DNA of 64,000 bases from Lingula anatina (Eukaryota > Animalia > Brachiopoda), in NCBI GenBank assembly GCA_051362555.1, contig CM120643.1, forward strand, positions 16,930,848 to 16,994,847, given 5' to 3'. How positions within the stretch are numbered: the first letter of the stretch is position 1; every line of letters starts with the position of its first letter. Below are positions 21,201-35,500 of the stretch, piece after piece. The translations under genes were made by a program, and so were the position numbers. The notes beneath the pieces are model-generated. The model was not told where the DNA came from. It saw only the letters and a program-made list of their open reading frames with translations, and did no database searches.

Positions 21201-24200
21201 ACTACCAGAAAATTTAGACATCTCCATGTTGTGATGCAACAAACCTGTCACAAACATCTGCTCCATGTAACTGTCTAGATTTTTAATAAAGCTGCTCTCC
21301 GTGTTCTAAAAGTTTTCATTGAAACAGCTGCCACATCAAAATGACGTAGACAACTGCATGCCTGTATCTGCCTACATGCACACATAACTGTCACTGACTC
21401 ACAGTCATTTCAAAGCTGGGTTTGTGAACAGCTGCCACAGCGGCCATTAAACTATGACCTTGGGATCACTTTCTACACATGACAGGCGTCTGCTGCAAAA
21501 TGTCGGACTCTTCAGAAAGCAAATAATTTTTTTTTGAAACACAAGTTTACTGACAAGAAAAGATATGGTTCCAAAACATACTCATAAGAGAAAAAAAATG
21601 ACCAAACTCTTTCATAACGCTTTAACTTGTATTTCTACTGTATTGCTATTTTCAAAAGAGGCCAAAGCAGAGGTTTACATTAGTTAACACTTAAGAGTAT
21701 TACTATTAATCAAATTTATAAGTTGTGCACTTTGTGCTGAAAATCCACTTAGTTCATCCAATGTCTAATCTTGTTTGGCAAAAATAAAATGGCTTACTTA
21801 AAGTTGGGTGGTGGTCGTGGAGTTGGAGGAAAAGAATGTAAATTGGGTTAACTAACAATATCATGTTACTTTTTTTCCTTTGTTAAGCTATTCAACTTGT
21901 CAATGGATCTTAAATAATATATGTATTTTTCATATTTTGATGATTTCATCAAAGATTAACTTTTGTTCAACTTTCTCATCAGTAAGTGCATGTCTTTATG
22001 AAAGCACTGTTTAATTTCTTTTGCTAAATGCACAAATTTGAAGTATTTCTGTTAATGTTAAAACTATACAAATGGATGAAGAAAATTTGCTTTGCCCCCC
22101 CCCCTCCCCCCGCAATTAAAAAACAATACGTAAATGAATAAATAAATAAAAAAGAAAGCACTCTCACCTTATCCAAGAGATGATAACACTGGGACTGATC
22201 CTCAATCCTCTCCCGCGTCTCTTCCACGCGACTAGTAAAGTGATGAATGTGTCTCTTCAATGTGCGTGCAACCTCACGAATACCCGTGTGCTCTTTGAAG
22301 GACTCGGACTCTGCAAGCAGACTGGCTTCTTCTATCAAGTCTTGGCACTTCTCCAACTTAGTCTGGAGGTTGACAGAAAATATAAATATAATTTAGAAAT
22401 TCATCAAATTTGGATGAAAACATATGATTGCAATACAACTCAAAAAGTAATACATGTTTAGTTTCAAGAGTACATTTTTACCACCAAACATACAAGTTTG
22501 AATCTAATTATGTTTCAAGGAATCCAATTTCCCTCCAAAATTGAACACTGGAAGCAGACGGCAAAAGACATCACCACCAGAGGGCAGGCCAGTTATAGGT
22601 CACATGTCATTTCTCTGACAGCCAATCTTGAGCAGACATTCTTGCTAGCCATTAGCAACCCACTGTGTCCCTGATAGCCCACAGTTTAAAGTCTGGTCAC
22701 TCCAACTGTGAGGACTCTGTCCACAGTAAAACAATCACAAAACACCAAGCAAAGATAAACAGTCATAATTGGATTTCAGTCCATTAGCTAAGCCAAACTA
22801 TGCTTTCACATACACGTTTTGCAGAGTACTCAAAATGCCTTTTTGGGCACATTTTAAAGAATATGTCAGCTGTCCATTAAAGAATTTTTAGACTATTATG
22901 GATATATGACAATATAAAATTATCAAAATGCACTAAGTTACAAAAAGATTTTCTTCAGTATGAAAAATATCCTTTTTTAATGTAAAACCTACTTCATTGG
23001 GAACAGTTTCTTTTCAATATATCAATAACAGATTTGCAAAAAAATTACAGTAACCCACCTAAGCAGACGTGACAACCCTCACTGCTCACTCACTAAGGTT
23101 AAAATAGCTGGAATGTGCTCACAACAAAGACCTGAACTTTGCATCCTCATTTCCACCAAAAAAATTTGTATATTGTTACACCATGTTCCTTAAACTATCA
23201 GAAGTACTGAAGTGTTTCTAGGCATTACCTTCTGTTTCCACAGCAACCATGAGGTTGGGCCACTTTGTTGGTTAAAAAAACTCTGTTATCTGTCATAAAC
23301 AATGCTGAGAGGCTTCCATTTAAATGGTCCTGGCAGATGAAAAATTTCTAATGGATTTTCTTGTTTTAAATTACAAAAACAATGTTTTGGTCTGAACTCT
23401 TTGTCCTAAATGTTCTTAAGCAATCCCATCCCAGTTCAGGTCTTGAAACGGTATGAAAATATATCTGACTAAGTAAACTTTTTCTTCTACTGCCTAAGGA
23501 AATGACAAATTTAACTTAACCATACCAAAGGTACTGAAAAAAGAAAATTTCACCAGAGAAAACTAAACAAGGATATCATGAGGAAAATGTTCAAGTATTT
23601 CCTCCTCCTCTTTCTCTCTCCACATCCTGACACAATAAAAATGACAGGACATCCTTCTTTCAATCTTCTGCGTTTCTCAAAACTATTGCTCAACTTTATA
23701 AGCATCAAATCCAGCATGCACAACAAATTTTTTCAGGATTCTTAAAAAAAATTCCTAATTTAAACTGTTTGCAGAGAATCTGCCTTTGCTAAGCAACCAA
23801 CATAAACATGGGTAATAAAGTAAGAGGATTCAGTACTATAACTGACACAAGCAACATCAGCTGTCTCTTAATCTCATACTCTACTAAAATCAACATTTTT
23901 CCCCCTCGAATACAATTTCCACTGAGAGAGAATTATCACATAAAGTTACTCAAGCCATATTACTTGTACCTTTGTCAGTTTATCTTTGTCCACTGTAAAT
24001 TTAAACTGTCTGAGATGATACCCTGCCATGTTTACCATTTCCAACATGTCTGCCAGCACGACATTACACACGAACTTCCACTGAGGTCTTCTATGAAAAT
24101 CCTGTCAAGATGGCTGGCCTCTATGTCTGACCCTGTCATGTTTTTAGGGCTCACATCTGCCGTTTTCAAATTCTAGGCGACACAATGTCAAAATCTGTTG

Positions 24201-26479
24201 AAGATGTGTTGCCCTGACATTATCATCTCATTCCAGTGTGAAAAAAGGTTGGCCTTCTGCTGTTTCAATTGAAGAGTTTGAAAAATTTAGCTCTGTAATT
24301 CCTATCCAAATATCTTCTCCTTTTTTTTAAAATCCTCTGTTGTGTACAGCTTACGACCAGGTTATACTTAGCTCCAACATTCTTGGAAATGAACTTTTTT
24401 TTTTTTTTGCAATAAGTCCCAATTTCAAGTAAAAATCTGCCAAAATCCACCCCTAATCTTAAACCAATAGCATGGAATACTTAATGCAGTTCTACATTTT
24501 TTCATCCAAAAGCTTTAAGTCCCAAAATTCCAGAAAACATTTGGTAAATCCAATTTTCATGAAATACCCAAGCTTAGACTGAGCACTCCTTAAACTAGGT
24601 CCTCTCTCACAATGCAATATGTTTGAAGGTGCTATCACATTGTTAAGTCAACACATAGACACCAAACTTGGAGATCTGTCAAATACCACAGCAGACTTCA
24701 ATGACTTCAGGTATGTACCTCTTTTTTGTTTTCGGAAGTCCAATGATCTGCTACCTAACTGAGCATTGGCTAGGTTTCGAATTCAAAGAATACCCAGCAT
24801 GCACGGCATCTGCAAATGTCTTTGCAGTAAAGGTACTTTCCGTGCTTTAGCACTGTATGGGCCCTTCCATTCTGTATTCAGGAGGTTAATGGGAACTGTA
24901 CATTTGTCCAGACCTATTTTAACTTGACCTTTATACAATTCAACATTAACATCTGACCATTAAACCTATGTCTTAAGCCCTTACAATATTTTATATTGTT
25001 TTGGTACAGAATCTAGATGACATTTATAGCTATTCATTCTCAAAGATCCCTCCATACCTCCTCCAGTCTTAATATTTCAATGGACCAACCAAAATTGTAA
25101 AACATGGTTGATTATCCCCAAAAATATCCCTGATAGGACGAGAATACCCCTGCCTTCCAATAATAAAAACAACCAAAATACTCCACCTCTTTAACCAGCA
25201 GTTTTACCAGAAGGGAAAGACATAAAATCTGGATGCTACTGACCTTTCCTAAGGACAACCGCAAATTTTAGAAGTACGAAAAAGCTGACAGTGAAAAAAC
25301 AAATCTCTTTCTGGATTCATCCTACGATTTTTTGTTTGCATTAGATAGTTGTCTAGAATTACATTTTGCTTTGCCAAATTATCAATTTAAAGCAACAGCA
25401 CAGACAACTAGGGGTAAAACTACTCCATATGTTTACATTCTTCACCCCAAAGCAAATCACTTTTTAATTAAGGCATCAATTAAAATAGTCAATGACCCCA
25501 TTTCCAGAGATTAGATCGATCTACTTTAGATCGACCTAACTCCCTGGGGGTTCACGCTAAATAGCTGTCAGCCGAGCGGACACCAAAGTTAATTACCCCC
25601 TTACAGCTTGTAGTAGGCGGGACGGACATTTAAGCCGGATTATCTGACAGTAATCTAGTGAGACTCCCCACGGGGATAGATCGATCTAAAAGCTCTGGGA
25701 ATACAGCCATAGTCTGAGCTACCCCAAACTGTAAACTAAAAGCATCAGTATTCCTACCATTGCTGCAAAGTATCCCTTCTCAAATTCCTTCTGCTGCTTT
25801 CTTAAAGCCTTCAGGTTGTCACCCACTGTGCTGTGTTCCTGGATCAGAGCCTCTCCGTCTTTTCTCAGCCATGCTATCATCTGAATATGAACATATTACA
25901 TGGTTAGAAATTAAGTTTTTTATATATGGTCCTGTATTTTCTATATTTATTGGGCACCTTTTAAATGGCCATAACAGTTTTGTCATAGTCAATGTTTCTT
26001 GTCAGCGAAATATAAAGTGGCATATCCTGTAGTCAAAAGTTCTTCATAATATTGTCTGTTTCCGTTCTTGTCAGGTTGAAATGTGAATGAAACAGGAATT
26101 TTGCAATATTTTAATTAAAGATATTTTTCATGATTGGGGTTTCTCCTTGAATTTGCTCATTGTTGGCAAAATAGATGAATAAAGAGACCAAAGTTAAAAA
26201 TCAAGCTGTTCAGATGTTTCTTTTTTCTAAATTTGCAGCACGTCTTGAAAGATATAAAAAATGTTTTTGTACCTTTGCAGACTGTTCCTCAAACTCTCGG
26301 AGCTGCAAGCACTGCTCTAACCTCTGCACTCTGGTGGATGCTAGCTTGGTCAGTCTGGCCATGCATTCGTGAACCTCTGTGTATACACCATTCACCAGGT
26401 CCATAGCATCCCTGTAAGAACAAGTATGTGTCATAAATAGCAGTGGTTATCAACACTTGTCTAAATGCAAAATAAAAGA

Positions 26480-26526
<47 letters not shown>

Positions 26527-29500
26527 ATTCATCGGTAAATATGCAAAAAAAAAACATAATAAAATTAAAACATAAATAAGGATTAGTTCCACTACTACCT
26601 CAAATCTCCAAAGCAATTTAAAAAACAAAAATAAAAGTGACACCTTTCTACTAGTTTAAATTGTCAGCAAAGTAATTAACTAACCAAGTGAACAATTTCC
26701 TCACCTGTAGTCCTGACTGTGTCCAAGTGTAGGCTCCAGCTTGTTCATGAGTCCCAATATGGCCGTCCCCTCATTCTGCAGGCTGATCAACCTTGCGTCT
26801 TCAAATGCCTTCCGCACATACTGTTCGTGTCTTTCGATGACCTTCTTTGTATCGACAGATGTCTGCGGCATCCCTGTTATAGAGGTCATCTCACGCATGA
26901 TGGCCAGAAGAAACTTGGCTGCACTGTGACAGTTGGACAAAAATGGCTCCAGTTGCTGGAAGGTAAAAGTAGCAGACATGCATGTTAATATTGGGAGACA
27001 GTGAAAATAATTATATCAAATTGGAGAAAAAGATACCTATACATGGTACAAAAGACAAGTTGGTAAAAAAATGCATGTTCTCTACCCTCCGGGTAGCAAC
27101 TTGGGCCGTACAGTGACTGCGTACCATACATATTAATCATGTGCCTATTTGCAAAATTTTCAAATTTCTCCCTGAAGCAAAAGAATTTACACAAAAATAT
27201 CACTTAAATTAATAGTTTAAATTCCAAACCATTTTCAGGGTGACAAGGGCCTCTCATTTTGAAAAGAAAAGTCAATTGGGTTCATCGGTACAGATAAATT
27301 TTCTCCGGAGGCATGCATTGCACTGCCTACCACTTCCCTCTAACACCATGTCCAGTGACTGCATATCAATCATATATACCCATGTGCAAATTATTTAACC
27401 TAGTTCCTCCCTGCAGCGGAACTGTTAACACAAAAATCACCAAAATTAATAGTTTAAATTCCACACCATTTTCTGGGCAATAAATATATCTTACATCCAA
27501 AAGAAAAGTCAACTGAGTTCATCGGTACACAAAGATAACATTTTCTCGGAGGGCGTGGATGACACTGACCCCCGCCCCCTCTTAACCCACAGAGTTATCA
27601 CCACTTGGTCCTAGTTGACCGGTAATTAGTCATCTCTTGACCCTCAGGTAGCTCAGGATGACCATTATTTCTTTCAAAAACTTCAAACAAAGGAATGATG
27701 TCAGGATGACCACTACTTCTTCCAAAAACTTCAAACAAAGGAATGATGAAGTTTTTTCCCTAAACACTCGTCCAGGTTCTAATTCGAAATTACACTGTTA
27801 AACATAGGGATGAAATTATATATTTTGTTTTTTTCCTAACAGCACAAGTCTATTAATGAAACAAAATCATTATCTACAGCATTTCTTTCACAAAATTCAA
27901 AGAAGAGATGGGACATTCTGTGGTATTTGTGTCCTGGACATAAAATTTAAAGCAAATTTAAACTAACATGTACTTTATTAAAAAATACATGGTTCCCAGT
28001 CAGGCTAACATATGAATATGTAATAAATATGCCTTCAATCTATTTTGTTCTTCTATCCATTTCCATAATATCATAAATGCTTCTGATGTAAATCAACCTA
28101 AAAATATGTTTTTGAAGTACATCTTTTAAGGAAATGCACATTTCTTGTTTAACTTGTGGACTAGTTGTCATAAACTTAGTAGGCATGAGTGCTATCAGGA
28201 TATGCACTATTAAGCTTGCAATATCACCTAAATCTACATCCTTTGAATAGAATACTAACCAACCACTTGTTTGTTCAAAAAGCAAAATTTGAAAAAGCAA
28301 AATTTACCTCAAAATTACAATAATTTCTTCACCACAACAGCTCAAATCAGAGGAACTAACACTCTGTAATTCACCAGTCTTCAATCCAACATTAGACAAG
28401 AGGGAAGCAGTTATTGCAATCTTATCATTCCTTGTCTGAAAACTCGGTCTTTTCCCCCTATGAGCTCACCGGCATCCTGTCTATCCCATTTACTGTCATA
28501 GATTGACTCTTCTCCCCCATCTCTCACGGAATCAACGGACCGAATGATGATAAATTACGATATGGACGCAAACGCCATAAACCTGTGTTTTAACAGTACA
28601 GGTTTGCAGAGATGGTCACCAGCGTTCATCAATCACCTCTCCAATCAAAATGGGGATGTGACGTCAAAGTCACAGACCCTTACATAACCCTTCCTTTCTA
28701 CTGTGATGTACAGCCCTGGTTACTAAGTGAAAATTTAGAATGTCCTTACTGAGCTAGATCATTAGAAATATTAAGGTTTTACAAGTGATCATAACTTATG
28801 GGGACAAAAAACATTATATAAATTGATATCCTTTTTATAATCCTTTTTTACATCATAGTATACTACAGATCTTCACTTCAAATCACTGTTCAAATCTGAC
28901 GCCTCTCTGAATACAGAACTTCAACAATCAGGCACTAACATCAGTGCAAGTCTCTCCTACCACAACTTCCACATATGACTGCACCACAAACTTTAGGAGT
29001 CTCAGGGAATTAAAACGTACTCATAAAAAAATGACCCGTTCCAGGAGCGAAACTGTGTGAACAGAACATCTTCAATGTTCCATACCCAAATGACCCCATC
29101 AAGCCCCTTATTGTGGACATAACAGTAATGGCAGGCTTGGGTGACACTATCAATTGTTCACTAATGACAGTACCGTCCTATGGATTATTGTCCGTCACAG
29201 GACAATCAATGACAGTTGTTGGCTAATGGTGATGCAGTTCCACCCTTAATATGCACATGTATGTGACACCTAATTGTCCCTTCCTATGCCTGTTGTAAGT
29301 CAGATTATGTAAGTTCCTGTGCTATTTGAAAGCACTTAGTTTTTGAACCCAGTCACCCTTTTCCAATCTTTTCTGCTCCCCTGTGTTCAGGTCCATGCTT
29401 GCTATAAATATTGTCTTATTTTAACAACAAGTACAAGCTTTATGAACCCCTGGATCCCAAAAAACAATGAAAAAACCTGACAGAGTTACGCTAAATAAAA

Positions 29501-32500
29501 AATTTATCATTTATTTTTTTTTAAGAGGTGGGGTAGGCATCAGTAGCCATCTTGTCCACATTGATATTTGTAGATTTAAAAAAAAATAATCATCACATCC
29601 AAAACTTACCATTCTAAAAGTAATCCAATCTTCGTGATTGTAGGAAAAGTAGCCACCTAACTCTATCGGCAGTTGCCTCTTCTCCACAAACCGACACAAC
29701 AGGTCTTGACTGGATACCAGATCCAACTGGAATAATAATAATAATTGCATCATTATTTCTGAAAATTATACTTCACTCAAATCATTATCAAGTAATTAAA
29801 TTAAAAAGTTCAATTTCTAAAATTTTCCTCTCAAAAGACTAACTACCATCACTTCATCAGCACCATGTCCAGTGGCAACAGCCCAATGTGTGATTGTGTT
29901 TTATCAAGTTATATCTGCCTTATCTATCACTTACATATGTCAGAATTCAGAATTTTCTCTTGCATGAGGGTAAATTTGAGAAGAACAATGATCTTATCTA
30001 TCAACAATTGTTCCTTGTATCCTGTGGTCTTCTCTAATGGTTTCTTTATTTTTCAACATGATAGGATCGAAATGAACTGATTTTTTTTTTTTTTTTTGTT
30101 AAATCATATCTAATCTTATCCAACATCAAGTTTCGGTTAATTGTGAATATTCATTCTGTCTTTCATTAAATATTTCCATCATTAATATTTTTTAAGTGGA
30201 CCTTTTAGTAATTACAATGCTGCGGTGTTTAACAAAAAGTTACACTTTGCTCCCCCCACCCCACACCCTTTAAAAATATTGGGTTTTAAGCTCAAATTTT
30301 TGCTTTGACTTCTTAAATGAGAAAAGGCCCTGGGCTCCTTTTGTGCAGAGGCCCACAATATAAGAATGTCCTGTTCATCGCGATTACAGTTTCCTTTATC
30401 TTTATTACTGTTCCTGATCTTAACCCACACAACTCCAGAACTGCACCAAAATCACTGATGATCTCAGCAGATACAGGGAACACACTGGTACTTATGGTAC
30501 TCCATAGGAAGGTGCATTTCATCAGGGTTTTTTCTATTGTTTAGAATTACTTTTCTATTCAATGGACTCTTTTATCAGTTCCTTTTCTGCCTTTTACTAA
30601 TGAGGTGATTATTTTGCTGGTTCTACATGATAATTCAAATGGAAGCACCATCTTTCTTTCTTAAATACATTTGAATTACATATCACATTTTAATTCATAT
30701 AATTTTTTCCTTTAGCAACATCTTAAAGTGACAAATATCCTATAATTCATTTATGAACATGGTACATTACAATTTTTGCATTTATGTATTGTGGTCCATC
30801 CAATACTCAGTGCACTGTACTTACAAAGAGAAAACTACTTTTACAAGGTGTAAAACCAATAATTATATAACAAGACACCTTATAAAAACACAAATCTTTC
30901 AATCCTATCAAAAGATTTCTAGCTGATAAACAAATATTCAGATGTTCAGCATATGTACAAAACCTCAAAATGATCACAAGCACAAGTGATAAGTTGGTAT
31001 TTGACTTCAGGCTCAACGATGCATGTTTGGAATACTAAGATGACTGCTGATAAATTACAAGCATTTTTCCTCTATTTTCTAACAAAAATTATAGACCAAG
31101 AAGAAAGGTGTAAACAAATAATTTTTCTGAGTTTAAATTTTTTTAAAATCACAGGAGAGTCCATTGGCCAATCTAAAATTATATGAAATATTAGGGTAAT
31201 GATGATAAAATATATGAAAATATTCAATATGCTCAATTATACTCCACTAAGTTATCATATTTTACAGTATCACAAGATGTAAGAATTGATGTATCTCTGA
31301 TATTGACTTGACATATAATCTAATTTAAAATACTTTTCTATATATTCTTGTCAAATAGCACATTATTATGATAACTTAATTCAAAATCCCTAAAAGAATT
31401 TCAAGCCAAATAAATAACTAAAAGCCATCAGAAATGGTTAGTCTAGGGATGAGGGTGACAGGCCACTCTATAATAAATTATAACAGATTGCTGACATCTC
31501 AATGTGATCATTCACTGGCATCAATTGTCCTCTCTAACACTGGTCTCCACCCATTCAATTCATTTTCTCTCTCTTTTTTTTTATGCTTCATAATTCTTTA
31601 CTTCCTTACGCTCCTCACAAAATGAAGTATGCTCAACTGATATTGCTGCTGGCCTGTTATACCTTTCATCATCAGGTTCAGTTGAGAATGTTGATTTTCT
31701 TTTATATAGCAACTCGAGAGCACTAAGAGAGCACAGGCCTTTGCCAAAGGGAAATATAAATTATAATCAATTTTAATAATTCTTTAATATATAACAGGAA
31801 ATCCAGATTCAGTTGAAACTGTAATCTCTTCTTTCCATTCTGAAAAACTGTCTGTCCTCAGAATTTCATCAAGATTTGTGAAAAACTTATTTGGTAACTT
31901 TTCCACCTAAAAACAAACAAACCCTAAGAAAACAACTTCTTCACTGGTTGAGTTAAATATTCTTATTCCAGTGTATTCTCCAACTCCATGTCTTACCTTG
32001 AAGCCTATCTCTGGTCTTAGTGCGGGGGAGTTGAGTAAAATTCCCTGCGCTGCGGAGTCGACCAGAATGTGTATGATGTAAATGGACCCTGGGATGTGAA
32101 CCTGAAACAGGTGGAAAAGAATTGGTAACAACTGGACATCAAGATTATTGTCATCAATCAAAGCAAAAAATCTCATATAAAATGCTAAAGAAAATACTCC
32201 ATTTTTTCCAACCTTACAACTGCACCTTCATACTAAAGTTATACATTTGAGCTGAATTCTATTACATTCACTGACAAATGATCAACACATGCAATTCTCT
32301 CCTTTTTGAAAAATTGAAACAAAATATTTGAGTCAATGGCAAATATGATTCAGTAAGTGGTAAACAGAAAAGAAAGTTTTTTCTATTTGTCTTAAAAAAA
32401 AAAAAAACTGTTCCAAGATGTTTTTTTTTTTTTTTTTTTTTGCTTTTAATACAGTCCTAGCTGATGCTTGGAATAAACAATACACAGACAATTAAGCTGA

Positions 32501-35500
32501 TTACATAGACAACACTAAGCGAGGTTTTCTAACGTGTTGGACCAATCCAACTAGTAAGGTGGGTTTATCTGGATGCTCCCTAATAGAATATTTTTCTAAG
32601 ATGTGTGATTATTCACAATACAAAGTACCAACACAAGCAAAACAAAAAACTTACTTCCAAAATGTGAAAGGCCTCCAGTAAGTTGTTCAGCACCAGTTCA
32701 CTGGCACCTTTAGCCTGGACCAGAAACGTGGATCCTTTCTTTCTGATCTCCTCCCTGAAAACACAAAATAATTGATTTATCAGCTGATTTCTACAAATAA
32801 CATTTCATTGAGATACAACATTGATACAAAATATAATGTAATGTTTAACTTTTTCTTTGTAATTTTTTTTTTTACCTTTTTGGATGAGATGAGATGCGAT
32901 ATTTGACTCTTAATTTTCTGAACATCTGCTTGTACCAAAGATTATACATGATTTTGACTTTCTTGGGGGGGGGGGGGGGGGAATATATAGTGTAGAAGTT
33001 GGTATGTCATTGTTAACTTAGTTGTTTCAAAGTTTGTACGTTTTCATGTCTTCAAACAAACCCAAAAACAACTTTGCTGCCAAAAATGATGACACTTAGG
33101 CGTGTCATATCTGTTTGACAATGAGCTAATTGATCAAAACGAGCTGTCACCCTGAAAGGTGGAGGGTCACATCTTTTGTCAGATCTTGCTCTGCCATCGT
33201 TATTCACACAGGGTGCTAAACTTGGCAACTGTATTGTACTTATGTCCTCTCTCCTCTCCTTTTTACTTTGTTCTGTGTGTGTGTGTGTGTGTGTGTGTCT
33301 GTGTGTCTGGCACTGCTGAAGAAAAGGGAACAATTCAAATGCCACTTTTGTCTACCTTCAGAAAATTATCACAAACAATTTATTTATCAATTGACTTATA
33401 ACAAAAATTAAATCAAATGTTTTGTACATGAATTTCTTTTAAACATTTAGAACTAGTTATGTGAGATTCATTTTCTCAGCAAGCACAGCATATACTACAG
33501 CAGCTTGTAGGACCTACTGAAACTCACTGTTCTGTAATTGTTTTGTTCTTACCTCGGAACAACATAGTAGTACATGAAGAGCCGCGCCAGTTCTGAACAC
33601 CTGAGGTCAGCACTGTTCCACTGTGGTAAATGTGTGTGTACTACCACCACGCTGCCGCCACGACTGTCTCTGGATCCTGGAGAGAAAAAAGAAAAATGTA
33701 TAATAATAAGCAAAAGACTATAAACTTTGATTACTGGATTACATTTCAAATAAAACCCAGTTATCTTTATCTGCCTTTGGTATTCTTCTGCTATATCTCA
33801 AATGTAAAGAAATAAATTAATGGGTTAACACAACAGGGATGGACTGTGCATGAAAAAAAGAGGAGAGAGATTTATTCCACTGTAATAAGGGTTTCACAGT
33901 ATCACATTGCCCTTCATCTCAACAGAACTTAGGGTTTCTAAAATAATCCTAATTACTTTTAATTATTCCTTTCTCCAAGATTTCTGATAAAGTATACATA
34001 TTTTTTCGTTCTAAAATAACAGAGATGAATGAACAGTATTTTCTTTTTTGCATAGTTTATCAGATACAGCAACGGATCATGTACCCCTTTTACTGCGTTC
34101 AGTTTGCACTCCATTTCTTCACATAAAAACCCTTTTTGGCAATACAAAGAAATCCGTGAGAATTAAATCAGAAATTTGTTTTGACAGAATCACATACTGT
34201 GTAGAGCTTTATGCCTCTGCCATCTGCAAAGCACATTTGGCAAACAAGGTTCGAGGTTTTATCCCCCCTCTCCCCCTGCTCTCCTTAATGCTTTCTTTGA
34301 CTACAGATTCAAGCTGATACAATAGAGGAACTGTTTTTGATGTCTTTCTCCCATTTTTCTTTATTATATATACTAATTTGCTCTTAGAACAGTTACTATA
34401 TTTGTCAGTTTCTTATTATTGCCCTCTAAGCACTTTAACTTGAGATTTCACTGGTTCAATTTGTGCAGCTCTTACCAATTGTTATTTCTCCTCCAAGCAG
34501 GAAACTTTCAAATGTAGCCTTATTGTTTCATGCAAGTCATGTTTTTTCCTACTTAGGATCTCTATCTCAAAAACATAACTTCAAAAGCTCATTTCAAACT
34601 AATTTGTAACCAGAGAGTCAACGTTAAGTCATGCAGCGGCATTCCTGTGTCAATCAGTGACAAGTTTTGAATTAATTCACTTCTGATTTTCCAGCAGCAA
34701 GAACATGACTCACTAAATATTCTGTATCTTCCATTTTGATGTATTTCTCCTGCAATTCCAGAATCCAGCATGCCTTTTTTGGTATAAACCTTCCTTTTTT
34801 TTTTCGACTCACCATACATTAATGCATAAAATGTACAACATAAAGTATTTCCTAATCACTTTTCTTACCTGTGTCTAGTCGTCTTTTGCAAGCAAAGTGT
34901 AGGCACTAAAGCTACGGTTCTTAGTAAGCAACAACCACCAGCAACAGACATAAATTCCAATTGAAGTTTTACATCCTTTCAAAACTTGTATACTCAATTT
35001 GCTGAACTCCTATAAGTATGCATATTAATATACCAAAATTGTAGCCAGTTTCTAAAGATTCATTAACCGAGATCTGATAATATTGTGAGTTCACAGCCAA
35101 AGATCAGACAGATCCAATCACACCTTTTTGTTCTCTAACCGCAAACTAGAACCATAACATAAGATACAGCTGCCCTTAATATCTGCGTTATCTAAACACA
35201 ATATCTGACTATTACTTTGCATTGTTGTCATTGTTGGGGCTTTCATGATGTTATTGTTGCTTGGGTACAAATGAATGGCTATTACTTTACACATGCAATG
35301 ACATACCATTGCCTTCTATGGTCAGTGCTTTCAGATAATGCTGTATAACTGTTAATCTTTTTGATCATTGCACCCAAACAACCCACACATGTGGAAGTTT
35401 CATTTTCTGGTCTGATGCACCAGACTTTTGAGGGGAATTTGGTGATTTTTGTGATTTCTTAGCTAAATGTCTCTGAAATAAATTCATCGTGAAATTTCTA

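Noticed and set aside
30280-30428. Possible MITE bounded by GGGTTTTAAGCTCA / TGATCTTAACCC
   Set aside because: Inverted ends short and imperfect, no clear target-site duplication.
31655-31712. TATA-like TATATAAAAG on the minus strand followed by ATGATGAAAG|GTATAA
   Set aside because: Weak donor, wrong phase for exon 29726, and TATA-like strings are frequent in AT-rich DNA.
32964-32981. Long G/C homopolymers (also 47938-47958) as potential G-quadruplexes
   Set aside because: Simple homopolymer runs common in such genomes, lengths unreliable in assemblies; no specific signal.
34863-34951. ATG-initiated ORF ending at a strong donor (CAG|GTAAGA) in the RhoGEF intron
   Set aside because: Phase 2, incompatible with the next exon at 33676 (phase 1); no other support.
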